Part shown: piece after piece, positions 37,441 to 49,520 of the stretch | How the letters are laid out: each line of letters opens with the position of its first letter | Numbering within the stretch: position 1 is the stretch's first letter | Source: Eledone cirrhosa | Taxonomy: Eukaryota | Assembly (NCBI GenBank): GCA_964016885.1 | Contig: OZ024762.1 | Span: 5,642,001-5,706,000 of the forward strand | Direction: 5' to 3' | Length of the DNA stretch: 64,000 nucleotides | Notes under the pieces: generated by a model | Seen by the model: the letters and a program-made list of their open reading frames with translations, nothing else | What the model was told of the DNA's origin: nothing | Databases searched by the model: none | Position numbers and translations under genes: made by a program

Positions 37441-38001
37441 GTTATTCAGTTATTATAGGGCAGTGGATTGGCAGTATCGGTAGAGGGTCAGACGCCATAC
37501 TTTGTAGCATAGAGTTAAGGCCCTTTATGATCTGAGTTCAACTTTGCCTTTCATCCTTACGAGGCCAATAAAATAAAGTACCAGTAATTGCTGGCCTTGT
37601 GCCAAAAGTAGAAACAATTATTATTGTTATTCAGTTGATGAAAGTTGGTTGACCAAAAATCTGCCAACTTTTTTTAAAAACAGACTTGAAGCACTCTACG
37701 GTTTGTATTCCTTAGGATTTTCTCTGTAAGGTATCACCCTGAGATTTAGTATAATAAATGAGGCGGTTTTATTCGTACATCTTCATTTTATTGTCTAATT
37801 CATTATATGTATTTCAAAGATGCACGTTTTCATCAGATAAATCAAGATCATCATCATCATCATCATCATCATCGTTTAACGTCCATCTTCTACGCTTGCA
37901 TGGGTTTGGACGGGAGTTTTCCCACTTGAGGCAAGATTGGTTGTCCTGCTCGTATAGGACTGTCTGGCAGGTTTTCTACGGCTGGATGCCCTTCCTAACA
38001 C

Positions 38002-38047
<46 letters not shown>

Positions 38048-38074
38048 TTATTAAAATAACGGATTAAAGTTTAA

Positions 38075-38180
38075 GCTCTCCAGCTATCTATTTAAGGCTG
38101 TACATGGCTATGGTGCGGCCACACTTAGAATTTGCATCACCAGTCTGGAACCCCTATCTTGCTCAGAACATTGACCGCCC
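38075..38180 (+). pseudogene. CR1 LINE RT C-terminal fragment
   Basis: LYMAMVRPHLEFASPVWNPYLAQNID. Confidence 0.75.
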
Positions 38181-38679
38181 AACAGGGTTCTTCTGTCATG
38201 TTAATGACCGACAACCTTCCTAGTGTTGGTGCCACAATAATACAGAATAGATTCTGTACAGTGGTTGGTATTAGAAAGATCTCCCAGCCAAAGAAACCAT
38301 ACAAAATTGGTTGAAAAGACCCTTCACACACAATAAATATACTAAAATATACTTGATAGAGCGCAGAATCATTTGTAAGTGAGATGCAGGCCCCCAGCCT
38401 ATCTTAGAGGTCAGTAGCCCCCACGTAAGTACTGACTCAGGCCAGTCCAACCCTTTGTAGCAGTGAAAATAGATGTTAAATGATGATGATATTTAGATGT
38501 AGACACAGACACACAGACATACACACACACACAGACAGACACACATACACAGCTACACACACACACACACACACAGCTACACATACACACACTCCATGTC
38601 TATGTTACAGATGTAGAAATAAAAAATGGGTTAATTGCAAATCAATCGATTCATTATAAACGTCAAGTGTAGCCTAGAC

Positions 38680-39860
38680 TACAATAAATCAATGTCATAA
38701 GTTACTAATTATGACAGGTCATAAATACAACATTAGACAGTTATTTAGTCGCACTGACCATTTGTCATAATCTGGTGGTAATTGTGTCACCAAACTAACG
38801 AAATACATGTAATTATATGCCATAAGCTACTTATCATGACAGGTCATAAATATAAGATTAGTCATATTTATTTCCAGATACATTGGTCAGTATGGTTGAC
38901 ATAGTCTGCTGATCATTGTGTGACTAAACCAACGAATACTTGTAACAGTTGAATTGGTAAAGTTGTCATTATATGTCATAAACTACTAATTATGACATGT
39001 CACAAACTACTAATTATGACATGTTATAAATATATAATTTGTTAAGCATGTATATTCAGAAGACTAGTGGATAGATTGTTGTAAAACTTTGCAGTATTAG
39101 AGAAAACACTTTAATTCTTAATGTGATGCAGTCATAGTGTTGTTTTGTAGTTCTCAAAAATGTATTGGTAATGTAGTTTCATGCGGTTTCTTAATTCAGA
39201 TGTTTATAGTATCTTTACTAGATTGTTGGGAAAATTTACTGTACTATAATAAATACTATAATCATTAATGTACTGTAGGCATAATGTTGTTTCATACATT
39301 TACAAGAATATCTTGTTAATGTGATTTCATGGGGTTTGTTAATTAAAATATTTATAGTATTTTTACTAGTGGACAGATCGTGAAACTTTGCAGTATTAGA
39401 GTAAAGACTTTAATTTATAATGTGATGTAGTCATAATATCGTTTTGTAGTTTTCAAGAATATCTTGCCAATGAGGTTTCATGTGCTTTGTTAATTTAAAG
39501 TATCTTTACTGGTTGACAGATTGTTGTGAAAATTTGCAGTATTAGAATAAAGGCTTTTATTTTTCATGTGATGTAGTCATTTTCCCTAAAAAAATAATGT
39601 TGCTTATGTTAAATTGTTAGTTAATATTTAATGCTCTGTTATGATTTAGCAGAAAATATCTAAAACAGTTTTGTTAATTCAAATTTTCATAGTATCTTTA
39701 CTAGCGGACAGATTGTTGTGAAAATTTACAGTATTAGAATAAATACTTAAATACTTAATATAATGTCGTCATAGTTTTGTTTTGTACTTTTACAAGAATG
39801 TCTTGCTAATGTATTTTCATGTGGTTTGTTAATTCAAATATTTATTGTATCTTACTAGTA
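38680..39860. repeat. Diverged AT-rich tandem array
   Basis: Recurrent ATAGTATCTTTACTAG..GACAGATTGTTGTGAAAATTTGCAGTATTAGA and TGATGTAGTCATA motifs, roughly 130-180 bp apart; resumes at 40230-40450. Confidence 0.7.
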
Positions 39861-41317
39861 GACATAGGTCACTTCAGAGGATCTCTACATTCCAGAACCA
39901 CATCATGGCAGCGACTGTATCTGTATCAGTGAGCTGCTCAACATTACAGACTTAGACCAATTACATCAATTGTCAAGTCAACAATACTCAAACTATATGG
40001 TCATATAAAAAGATCAACTCGTGGTGTGAGTAGGTTATGCCTGGAAGGAAGGTTGGCTGGTAAGAGAAGCAGAGGCTGGCAGCCAAAACGATGGCTTGAT
40101 AATGTCAACTTATGGACTGGACTTGATCTTTGCTCTCTAAACTCTGCTGCTAGTGACCGAACTTTGTGGAGAAAAAATATCTCATGTTGATGCGCAGTCT
40201 GCAAGTGGCAGAGTTTAGCATCAAAGTAGTACTAGTAGACAAATTGTGAAAATTTGCAGTATTAACTCTTAAGATCTTGTAATGATTTAGCAGAAAATAT
40301 CTAAAACAGGTTTGTTAATCCAATGTTTATAGTATCTTTACTAATGGACAGATCATTGTCAATATTTGCAGTGAACTATAATTTTTAACATGATGCAGTC
40401 ATAGTGCTGTTTTGTACTTTATAAGAATGTCTAGTTAATGTGGTTTCATGTGGTACAGGATGGCAGCACAACGTCTTTGCTTGGCTGAGGCAATGGAATA
40501 AAACAAGTCCTACATAGTAACCAACATGTGTTAAGACAACAAAACTGGGAGAGGAGGCAGTGTGTGTGTCTGTGCGTGTGCCTCTATGTATGTGTGTATC
40601 TGTGTGTGTGTGTGTCACTGTATCTGTGTGTGTACCTCTGTCTGTCTGTGTGTGTGTGCGTGTCTGTGTGTGTCACTGTATCTGTGTGTGTACCTCTGTG
40701 TCTGTGTGTGCCTCTGTGTCGGTGTGTATCTCTGTGTCCGTGTGTGCCTGTGTGTCTGTGTGTCTCTGTGTCTGTGTGTGTCTCTGTGTCTGTGTGTCTC
40801 TGTTCTGTGTCTGTGTGTCTCTGTGTCTGTGTGTCTCTGTGTCTCTGTGTCTGTGTGTGTGTGTCACTATGTGTCTCTGTGTCTGTGTGTGTGTGTCACT
40901 ATGTGTCTCTGCATATGTATGTGTATCTGGTCGTGTGTGTGTGTGTGTGTGTACATGTGTATGTGGCGGGGGGGGGGGGGGCAGCAGAAATCAGTATCTA
41001 AAGTACAAAGCAATCAATGATAGGGAATAGTAGATTATATAGAGCAACAGAATAACAGATTATATAGAATAACAGAATAACAGATTATATAAACTAACAG
41101 AATACATCATAGAGTGAAAGATTAGTGGTTAGAAAAACAAAGTAGATTCTGAAGTTAGACTACAACAACTACAACAATAATAATAATATTAATAATGATA
41201 ATATTATTGAATATCTATCTATCTATCTATCTATCTATCTACCTGTCTATCTATCTACCTGTCTACCTCCCTACCTATCTATTTACCTACCTACCTATCT
41301 ATCTATCTATCTATCTA

Positions 41318-42280
41318 AAATGGGCGACTGGCACATCGAATGTGCTCAGGCGCTCACAGTCCTCTGGCAAACAGACCTGGCGATCAGTGGAGACTCCACT
41401 TCGACATTCTATAGAGGGTTGGTCCGCAGCAAGTGCGACGACGCGCTCGGAGAAACTCTAGGCATAGAGGAGGACAAACTGGCCAGTGTGTTCGGTAGGA
41501 CCTTCCATCCGGGACCAATGGGCAACTTCCAAAAGTCCCTGGCCTGGCAGTGCTACCGAGGAGCTCTACCAGTTCGAGACAAGCTCTACAGACACGGGCG
41601 CCCGGGTAGGGACCCTTCGAAAAAGATCTGTCCGAGATGCGTGCGCGACGAGGAAACCGTCGCGCACGCATTTGTACACTGCCCGGGCGTTACCGACCTG
41701 TGGGGCTATGTAGAACGACTATTGTCGCGGGTGGGACCAATCCAGTTGACCACCGAGTCCATTGTCATGATCAAACCGCCACCCTCCTTCAAAAACGAAG
41801 GAGAGGTGGTTTTCCTTTGTGTGATAGCTATGGCGAAAGAGGTTGTATGGTGGACAAGGTTGAAAGGGCTGAGGTCAGACACCTTTCTCTCCGGCCAACA
41901 ACTGATTCTTTTTTTAATACCACTTTGGAAGAAGAATCAGGATGGAGAGAGAGGTGCTGTACCCCAGCAAGTTTTATGAAAGGTGGGTGAAAGTGGCGAG
42001 ACTGGCCCGAGTGAATGGGCCTTCTCTCTATATCAGCACGTAGGTTGAGGAAAAGGAGGAGGAGAGGAAAGGAGTACAAACTCTTCGTACTCCTGGAGAT
42101 GAGGGTTGCACATTTTTTCGGGGGTATGTGTTACCCGTAAGTAATGTCTCCCCCTATTGGGGAAAATCGACTAATTTTTTAAATTGCATTTGTGATAGTA
42201 TTTTACACATTTTTATTGTATGTAAACTTCAACCTTTGTATTTGTCCCCTTCTTTTGTGCCCCTGTGTCTAATAAAGAAA
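41318..42280 (+). mobile_element. 5'-truncated Tx1/L1-like LINE with C-terminal CCHC (zf-RVT) domain, inserted in (CTAT)n
   Basis: LAWQCYRGALPVRDKL...CPRCVRDEETVAHAFVHC..V..LW; AATAAAGAAA end; (TATC)n flanks on both sides. Confidence 0.8.
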
Positions 42281-42344
42281 TATATCTATATATCTAGCTA
42301 GCTATCTACCTATCTATCTATCTACCTACCTATCTATCTATAAA

Positions 42345-42862
42345 ATCCAGCTGACTGCCGAGTCCATAGTAAGGATTAAACCGCCAGCCTCTTTCAAAAA
42401 CGAAAGAGGGTCGGTTTTCCTCTGTATGGTGGCTATGGTGAAAGAGGTTATATGGTGGACGAGGTTGAGAGGACTGAGGACAGATGCCTTTCTCTCCGGA
42501 CAACACCTCATTCTCTTCTTTAGGTACCACTTTAGAAGGAGAATCAGAGTGGAGAGAGAGGCACTGCACCCCAGTAAATTTACTGAAAGGTGGGTAAATG
42601 TGACAAAAATGGCCCGAGTGATTGGGCCTTCTCTGTATATAAGCTTGTAGGTTGAAGAAGAGAGCAAAAGAAAGAAAGGAGCACTTGCACAACACGCTCC
42701 TGAAGTTGAGGGTTGTTCTATCTACGGGGTATTAAACAACCCATTGGGGATTTCGATTGTTAAATTTGTTTGTTTCAATATTTTTACACGACTGTATGTA
42801 AAATCCCCGGCATGTCCTTGTTCTGTCCCTTTTCTTGTGCGCCCTAGTGGCTAATAAAGAAA
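42345..42862 (+). mobile_element. Second, shorter copy of the Tx1-like LINE in the same (CTAT)n tract
   Basis: MVKEVIWWTRLRGLRTDAFLSGQHLILFFRYH; AATAAAGAAA then ATCTATC. Confidence 0.8.
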
Positions 42863-43583
42863 TATATCTATCGATCTATCTACCAGTCTACCAGTCTACC
42901 TACCTATCTACCTACCACTGTGTCATATCTAGGGCAAGTGTCATTTACCATGAACTTGTGTTGACCCAAGCCTTGTCAGTGAAATTTGGTAGACAGAAAC
43001 TGTTTGGAAGCCCATCAGAAGGACTGTACATGTAATTCAAAAGGTCAGCCTTACCACACTCCCTTCTACAACTCCACCACCACCTAAAGAATTATAGCAA
43101 ACGTCTGTGGAATACTCAACCATATACACAAGATAAAGCGTACCTGTAATTCAAAAGGACTGCTTTGTCACTGTCATGCTGAATCTCCCTGAGAATTATG
43201 TTATATGTACACTTGTCTGTGGAATACTCAGACTATAATGCAACACAGACCATACCTATCTATTACTACAACTACCACCAGTACCACCACTACAACAGCC
43301 ACAGCCACAACCACCACCACTACTACCACTACTACGGCCACCACCACCACCACCACTACTACTACTACTACTACTGCCACCACCACTACTACTACTACTA
43401 TTACTACTACTGCTACTACTGCCACCATCACTACCACTACTACTACTACTACTACCACTACCACCACTACTACTGCCACCACCACCACCACCACCACTAC
43501 TACTACTACTGCCACCACCACCACTACTACTACTACTGCCACCACCACCACCACTACTACTATCACTACTACTACTACTACTG

Positions 43584-43624
<41 letters not shown>

Positions 43625-43651
43625 GCCACCACCACCACCACCCGTACCACC

Positions 43652-43714
<63 letters not shown>

Positions 43715-43733
43715 GCCACCACCACCCGTACCT

Positions 43734-43765
<32 letters not shown>

Positions 43766-43970
43766 GCTACTGTAGAACATGTCATTCCTTATACAAGATG
43801 TTGCTGTATGTTCCAATATCATCTTACTACTGTAGTGACATAGCCATCTTCTTCACGTTTTTATATATGTAAATACATATATATATATATATACACACAC
43901 ACATATATATATATACATAAATTTACATATATACATATATATATATATATATATATCTGCACACACATGC

Positions 43971-44004
<34 letters not shown>

Positions 44005-44104
44005 GCATATACACACAAACACAGTCACCTGATCTGACTTGTTTCACATCAAGACAACTCGTCTAGCCCATGCTAGCATAGAAAATTGATGATGATGATG
44101 ATGA

Positions 44105-44138
<34 letters not shown>

Positions 44139-44272
44139 TCATAATAAAATAATAAAATAACCAGGATTAATTACATTAAATTATCTCATTGATTTATGAA
44201 CATTTCTATCAATTATATATATATATATATATATATGGTAATTGCTGGCCTTGTGCCTAAAGTGGAAACAAT

Positions 44273-44304
<32 letters not shown>

Positions 44305-44309
<5 letters not shown>

Positions 44310-44425
44310 AAAGAATAGAGGTGTAACACACAAGTTATTATATATTGGTAAACGGAATAGAAAATGCTGACAAATTGTTCACAGTGAACAATTTGTCAGC
44401 ATTTTCTATTCCATTTACCAATATA
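44305..44425. mobile_element. Short near-perfect palindrome (42-bp arms) with one-sided tail between (TA)n tracts
   Basis: TATATTGGTAAACGGAATAGAAAATGCTGACAAATTGTTCAC-A-GTGAACAATTTGTCAGCATTTTCTATTCCATTTACCAATATA. Confidence 0.65.
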
Positions 44426-44875
44426 TATATATATATATATAATAATTGTTTCTACTTTAGGCACAAGGCCAGCAATTACCCAGTGCATTACTGGTACTTT
44501 ATTTTATCGACCCCATAAGGATGAAAGGAAAAGGCAACCTCGGCGGGAAGACTAAAATGAGTTTCAGAAGATCCCGTTAAGGGTGAAAGCAGCGATTCTT
44601 TGCTTAAACTTTAATCTGTTATTTTAATAAATATATATATATATTGAAGGATGAGTATTTTAAACTTTATTTTATCATGAGTTAAGGCTCTATTGTTTTT
44701 TCCCTGAATTTCACTAAATTCTGTTGGATGAATCTATATCCTGATTCTTTTTGAATTGAGTTTGAATTATTTTTCCCACATCTTACCCTAACTATTTTCC
44801 CATTTTGACGCTATAGTCACTTATATATTATGAAATACTGTTGGCTTCTTGCTCATAGTAATTTCTATACTTTTC

Positions 44876-44906
<31 letters not shown>

Positions 44907-45001
44907 TAAGAGTTAAACAAGGTTCACTTAATACATTAAAGAATGATTACCTTGACTGAATCTTAACCATCTACTATGTCAGGGTATGTCATGTATCATT
45001 T

Positions 45002-45068
45002 TATTTTATCTGATGAGGACGTACTGTTGAACTTAACTCAGTACCTCTGAAATATGTATAATAAAATA
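45002..45068 (+). ncRNA. Type I hammerhead ribozyme (family C, single arm)
   Basis: TATTTTAT-CTGATGA-GGACGTACTG..CAGTACCTCT-GAAA-tatgta-TA|ATAAAATA; homologous to 55349-55411. Confidence 0.72.
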
Positions 45069-45107
45069 TAATTGATCACAAGAATATCTATTTTGTCAAT
45101 ATTTTGA

Positions 45108-45144
<37 letters not shown>

Positions 45145-45201
45145 TAAACAAATAATGAATAAAACAATGAAACAGTTCCTTATATTAAACAAAAAAAGTT
45201 C

Positions 45202-45349
45202 ATTATTTAACGATCGTTTCTAGGATATATATGTGTTAGAATTGGCATGCATATTCAACAGATCTATGTACAAAATTATACAAAATTATACAAACTATCA
45301 AGATTAAATATACATACCAACACATATATACGCCGTCTTCAGAAATAAT
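45202..45349 (-). ncRNA. Mirror-image hammerhead on the left arm
   Basis: Exact reverse complement of 45348-45495. Confidence 0.72.
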
Positions 45350-45495
45350 TATTTCTGAAGACGGCGTATATATGTGTTGGTATGTATATTTAATCTTGAT
45401 AGTTTGTATAATTTTGTATAATTTTGTACATAGATCTGTTGAATATGCATGCCAATTCTAACACATATATATCCTAGAAACGATCGTTAAATAAT
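45348..45495 (+). ncRNA. Type I hammerhead with stem II domain of about 115 nt
   Basis: ATTATTT-CTGAAGA-cggcgTATATATGTGTTGG...CTAACACATATATAtccta-GAAA-CGATCG-TT|AAATAAT: 7-bp stem I, palindromic stem III. Confidence 0.72.
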
Positions 45496-46498
45496 GAACT
45501 TTTTTTGTTTAATATAAGGAACTGTTTCATTGTTTTATTCATTATTTGTTTAATATTTTATCTTGACTCTGTATACCGTTTATCTTTCACCGAAAGTGAT
45601 TTTTCATTACATCTCTTCTTTCCATGATATCTGGAATACATTGAGTTCTTCATACGGATTGGACACTACCGTAAACTCTTGGTAGATTTATCTACATATA
45701 TATATATATATACGTTATTCCGGGTTGAATCGGAGGTAACTACAGTAAGTAAGGTACTCAATACATTGCAGAGTATAAAAGTTTTAATATAGATGAGATT
45801 CTACAGGACTAGAACTGTTTCATTCTTTAGAAATCATCAGGATATATATATACACACCCACACACACTACCAACACAAAAAACAAAATCACCACAACCAC
45901 CACCATCACCATCACCAATACCAACACCACCGCCACTACCACCACCAATACCACCATCACCTTCACCAATACCAACACCACCACCACTACCAACACCACC
46001 GCCACTACCAATACCACCACCATCACCAAAACCAACACCAATACCACCACCACCACCACTACCTCCATTACCACTATGATCACCACCATCACCAAAACCA
46101 ATACCAATACCACCACCACTACCTCCACCACCACCACCACCACCATCATCACCACCATCACCAAAACCAATACCAATACCACCACCACTACCTCCACCAC
46201 CACCACCATCACCATCACCACCACCACCATCATCACCACCATCACCAAAACCAATACCAATACCACCACCACTACCTCCACCACCACCACCATCACCATC
46301 ACCACCACCACCATCATCACCACCATCACCAAAACCCAAACCAATACCACCATCTTTACCACTACCATTACCACTACGTCTATCAAAGCAAGAATATGAC
46401 ATTGAAATTATGTGTTGATCATGCGCAATGGATGTTAGTAGTAGATATTATAGTAACAGACGATACACAGCCGTCTCTTCCTGCTTACACATACTCAC

Positions 46499-46530
<32 letters not shown>

Positions 46531-46967
46531 GCTTTCTCTCTTTCACTCTCTCACTCGCACACACTTTCTCTCCCTGTGCCTATCACCCTTTCTCACACAA
46601 CCTCTTCCTCTTACTCTCTCTCATCCTCTTTTACCACCCCTCTCTCTCTATCTCTATCCCTCTTTCAGCAACCCTCTCTTTTTCTAACCTCTTCTCTCCC
46701 TATCCCTCTTTCACTACAGCAGCACTGCCGACCTTGGCCTTGAAAAATATACCTGGCTATCTTCTGTTTCCACTACTACTACTACTACTACTGTTACTAC
46801 TGCTACTACTGCTACTACTACTGTTACTACTGCTACTACTGCTACTACTACTACTACTGTTACTACTGCTACTACTACTACTACTACTACTACTGCTGCT
46901 ACTACTACTACTGTTACTACTGCTATTACTACTGCTACTACTGCTGCTACTACTGCTGCTGCTGCTG

Positions 46968-47002
<35 letters not shown>

Positions 47003-47195
47003 GCTACTACTACTACTACTGCTGCTGCTACTACTACTACTACTACTACTACTCGTGCTACTACTACTACTACTACTACTGTTACTACTGCTGCTACTAC
47101 TACTACCCCCACCCCACCCCCACCATCACTACTACTACTACTAATACTACTGCTGCTACTACTACTACTACTACTACCATCACCCCACCCCACCC

Positions 47196-47227
<32 letters not shown>

Positions 47228-47228
47228 G

Positions 47229-47271
<43 letters not shown>

Positions 47272-47444
47272 CATCACCCCACCCCACCCCCACTACTACT
47301 ACTGCTACTACTACTACTACTGCCACCACCACCACCACCACCACCACCACCACTGCTGTTGCTGCAGCTGTTGTAAACATCACTGTAGGCAGCTTTAGTA
47401 GCAGCAGCAGTAGTAGTAATAGTAGCTTTATTATTATTATTATT

Positions 47445-48490
47445 CCACTGCGGACTTTGGGTTTTGGTGGAAACTCCACCTTGGCTTTCTTTAGAGGGTT
47501 AGTGGAGGGAAAGGGCGATGGTGTCCCTGGGGAAACTCTGGGTGTCGACAAAAGCCAACTAGCTAGTATCTGGTCTAGCAGTGCTACCAGGGAGCGTTGC
47601 CAGTTTGAGATAAACTTTACAGGGAAGGAAGTGCCCTCAGCTGGGCCTGTCTGAGGTGCGCATGTGGCGACAAGACCATCCTGCGTGCACTCATCCAGTG
47701 TCTAAAAACTGCCTGTCCTTCCTGGTTAAAGGAGGGTGGCAGGGCAATCTTCATGATGCAAAAGCAGATGTTCGACATAAACCCACATGTCATCGATACT
47801 CGGACACTGGATGAGTGCACGCAGGATGGTCTTGTCCCCACATGCGCACCTCAGACAGGCCCAGCTGAGGGCACTTCCTTCCCTGTAAAGTTTATCTCAA
47901 ACTGGCAACGCTCCCTGGTAGCACTGCTAGACCAGATACTAGCTAGTTGGCTTATCGATGACATGTGGGTTTATGTCAAACATCTGCTTTTGCATCATGA
48001 AGATTGCCCTGCCACCCTCCTTTAACCAGGAAGGACAGGCAGTTTTTATCTGCCTGGTAGCCATGGTGAAAGAGGTTGTGAGGTGGACATGTCTGAAAGG
48101 ATTGAAGACGGGCAATTTCCTCTTCGGCAACGCTCTCATTAACTTTTTCAGGTTTTACCTGAAAACGAAAATCAGTGTGGAGAGGGAAGTGCTGCTTCCC
48201 AGCCAATTCACTGAAAGGTGGGTGACAGAGGCAAGAAGGGCTCATGTAAATGGGCCTGCTCTGAATGTATGCCTGTAGTATTGAGGGAGGACAACTGGGA
48301 GAGGCCACTTTCCCTCTTTTGTGGGTTTTCTCCTCGAGTAACCCTTGGAGTTTCCTCACCTTTGGGGAATTTGTTGTCTTTTTTTTTAATGTTTATTTTC
48401 TTAATCTCTGTATTAAATTCTATTTTACACAAAACCCCTCACTGTACCACCCTGAACTGTCTTTAATGTCTCCTTAATTCAAATAAGAGC
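47445..48490 (+). mobile_element. Tx1-like LINE fragment with internal inverted duplication (47703-47953)
   Basis: STLAFFRGLVEGKGDGVPGETLGVD and VAMVKEVVRWTCLKGLKT are homologous to 41318-42280. Confidence 0.8.
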
Positions 48491-49126
48491 AATTAATAGA
48501 AAATTTGGACAATATAGAAAACGTTGTAGATGAGTGAATTAGGGCTTTAGTCTAGTAGTGAAAACAACTGATATGTTTCAGTCATATTGGATCTCGTCAG
48601 TGAAGCATATTCTATTCAGTTAGCAAGACTACGAGCATATAAATAGGTAGGTAGGTAGAGAGATAGATATATAGATAGATAGGTAGTTATTTATATATAC
48701 ATATATATTTATATATACATATATATTTATATATATGTATATATACCTAACTACCTGTCTATCTATCTCTCTCTATATATATATATCCATCTATCTATTT
48801 ATCTATCTATCTACTTGTCTATCTATCATTTATATGCAGCTTATAGTGACGGGGACAGTCACATCATGGGAATGGTGTTAGAGCAAGCGGGTTGTTGGGT
48901 GTGTGGTCGGTGCCTGTTATCTTATCATCATTTTTACGTCCGCTTTTCCCTGTTTGCAAGGGTTGGACGGGAACTGATTCTGGCTTGATTTCTACGGCTG
49001 GATACCCTTCCTAACACCAACCTCATTTACAGTGAGTGCTGGGTGCTTTTTTGCCGTGGCACCTCCACGACCACTTTACAGTGGAATGATAAGGACCCCA
49101 GTCCCTATCATTTCATTTCTACAGCT

Positions 49127-49520
49127 GATTACAACTCCTGGAAGAAGAAAGCTAAACTCATCAGATAGGACCAAGGAAACAATGTTTCCATTGGTCTTTC
49201 TATTGCCAATACTATCTGCTGGTTACAACTCCTGGAAGAAGAAAGCTAAACTCATCAGATAGGACCAAGGAAACAATGTTCCATTGGTCTTTCCATTGCC
49301 AATACTATCTGCTAGTTACAACTCCTGGAAGAAGAAAGCTAAACTCATCAGATAGGACCAAGGAAACAATGTTTCCATTGGTCTTTCCATTGCCAATACT
49401 ATCTGCTGGTTACAACTCCTGGAAGAAGAAAGCTAAACTCATCAGATAGGACCAAGGAAACAATGTTTCCATTGGTCTTTCTATTGCCAATACTATCTGC
49501 TGGTTACAACTCCTGGAAGA
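49127..49520. repeat. 93-94-bp tandem repeat (about 4.2 copies) derived from a SINE 3' region
   Basis: TACAACTCCTGGAAG at 49130, 49224, 49317, 49411 and about 49505; homologous to 60505-60580. Confidence 0.88.

Larger units (their letters stand above)
45136..45695. mobile_element. Perfect spacerless 426-bp palindrome (45136-45561) plus tail; PLE terminal remnant between (TA)n tracts
   Basis: Centre CAGAAATAA|TTATTTCTG at 45348/45349; arms appear identical by eye; tail contains TTGAGTTCT at 45641. Confidence 0.85.

Noticed and set aside
49127-49520. Tandem CTGATGA...GAAA on minus suggesting a retrozyme-like hammerhead array
   Set aside because: There is no stem I or II, the base after the stem III-like hairpin is C rather than U, and the homologous SINE at about 60505 has TTGACGA. 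It is best explained as a SINE tail hairpin.
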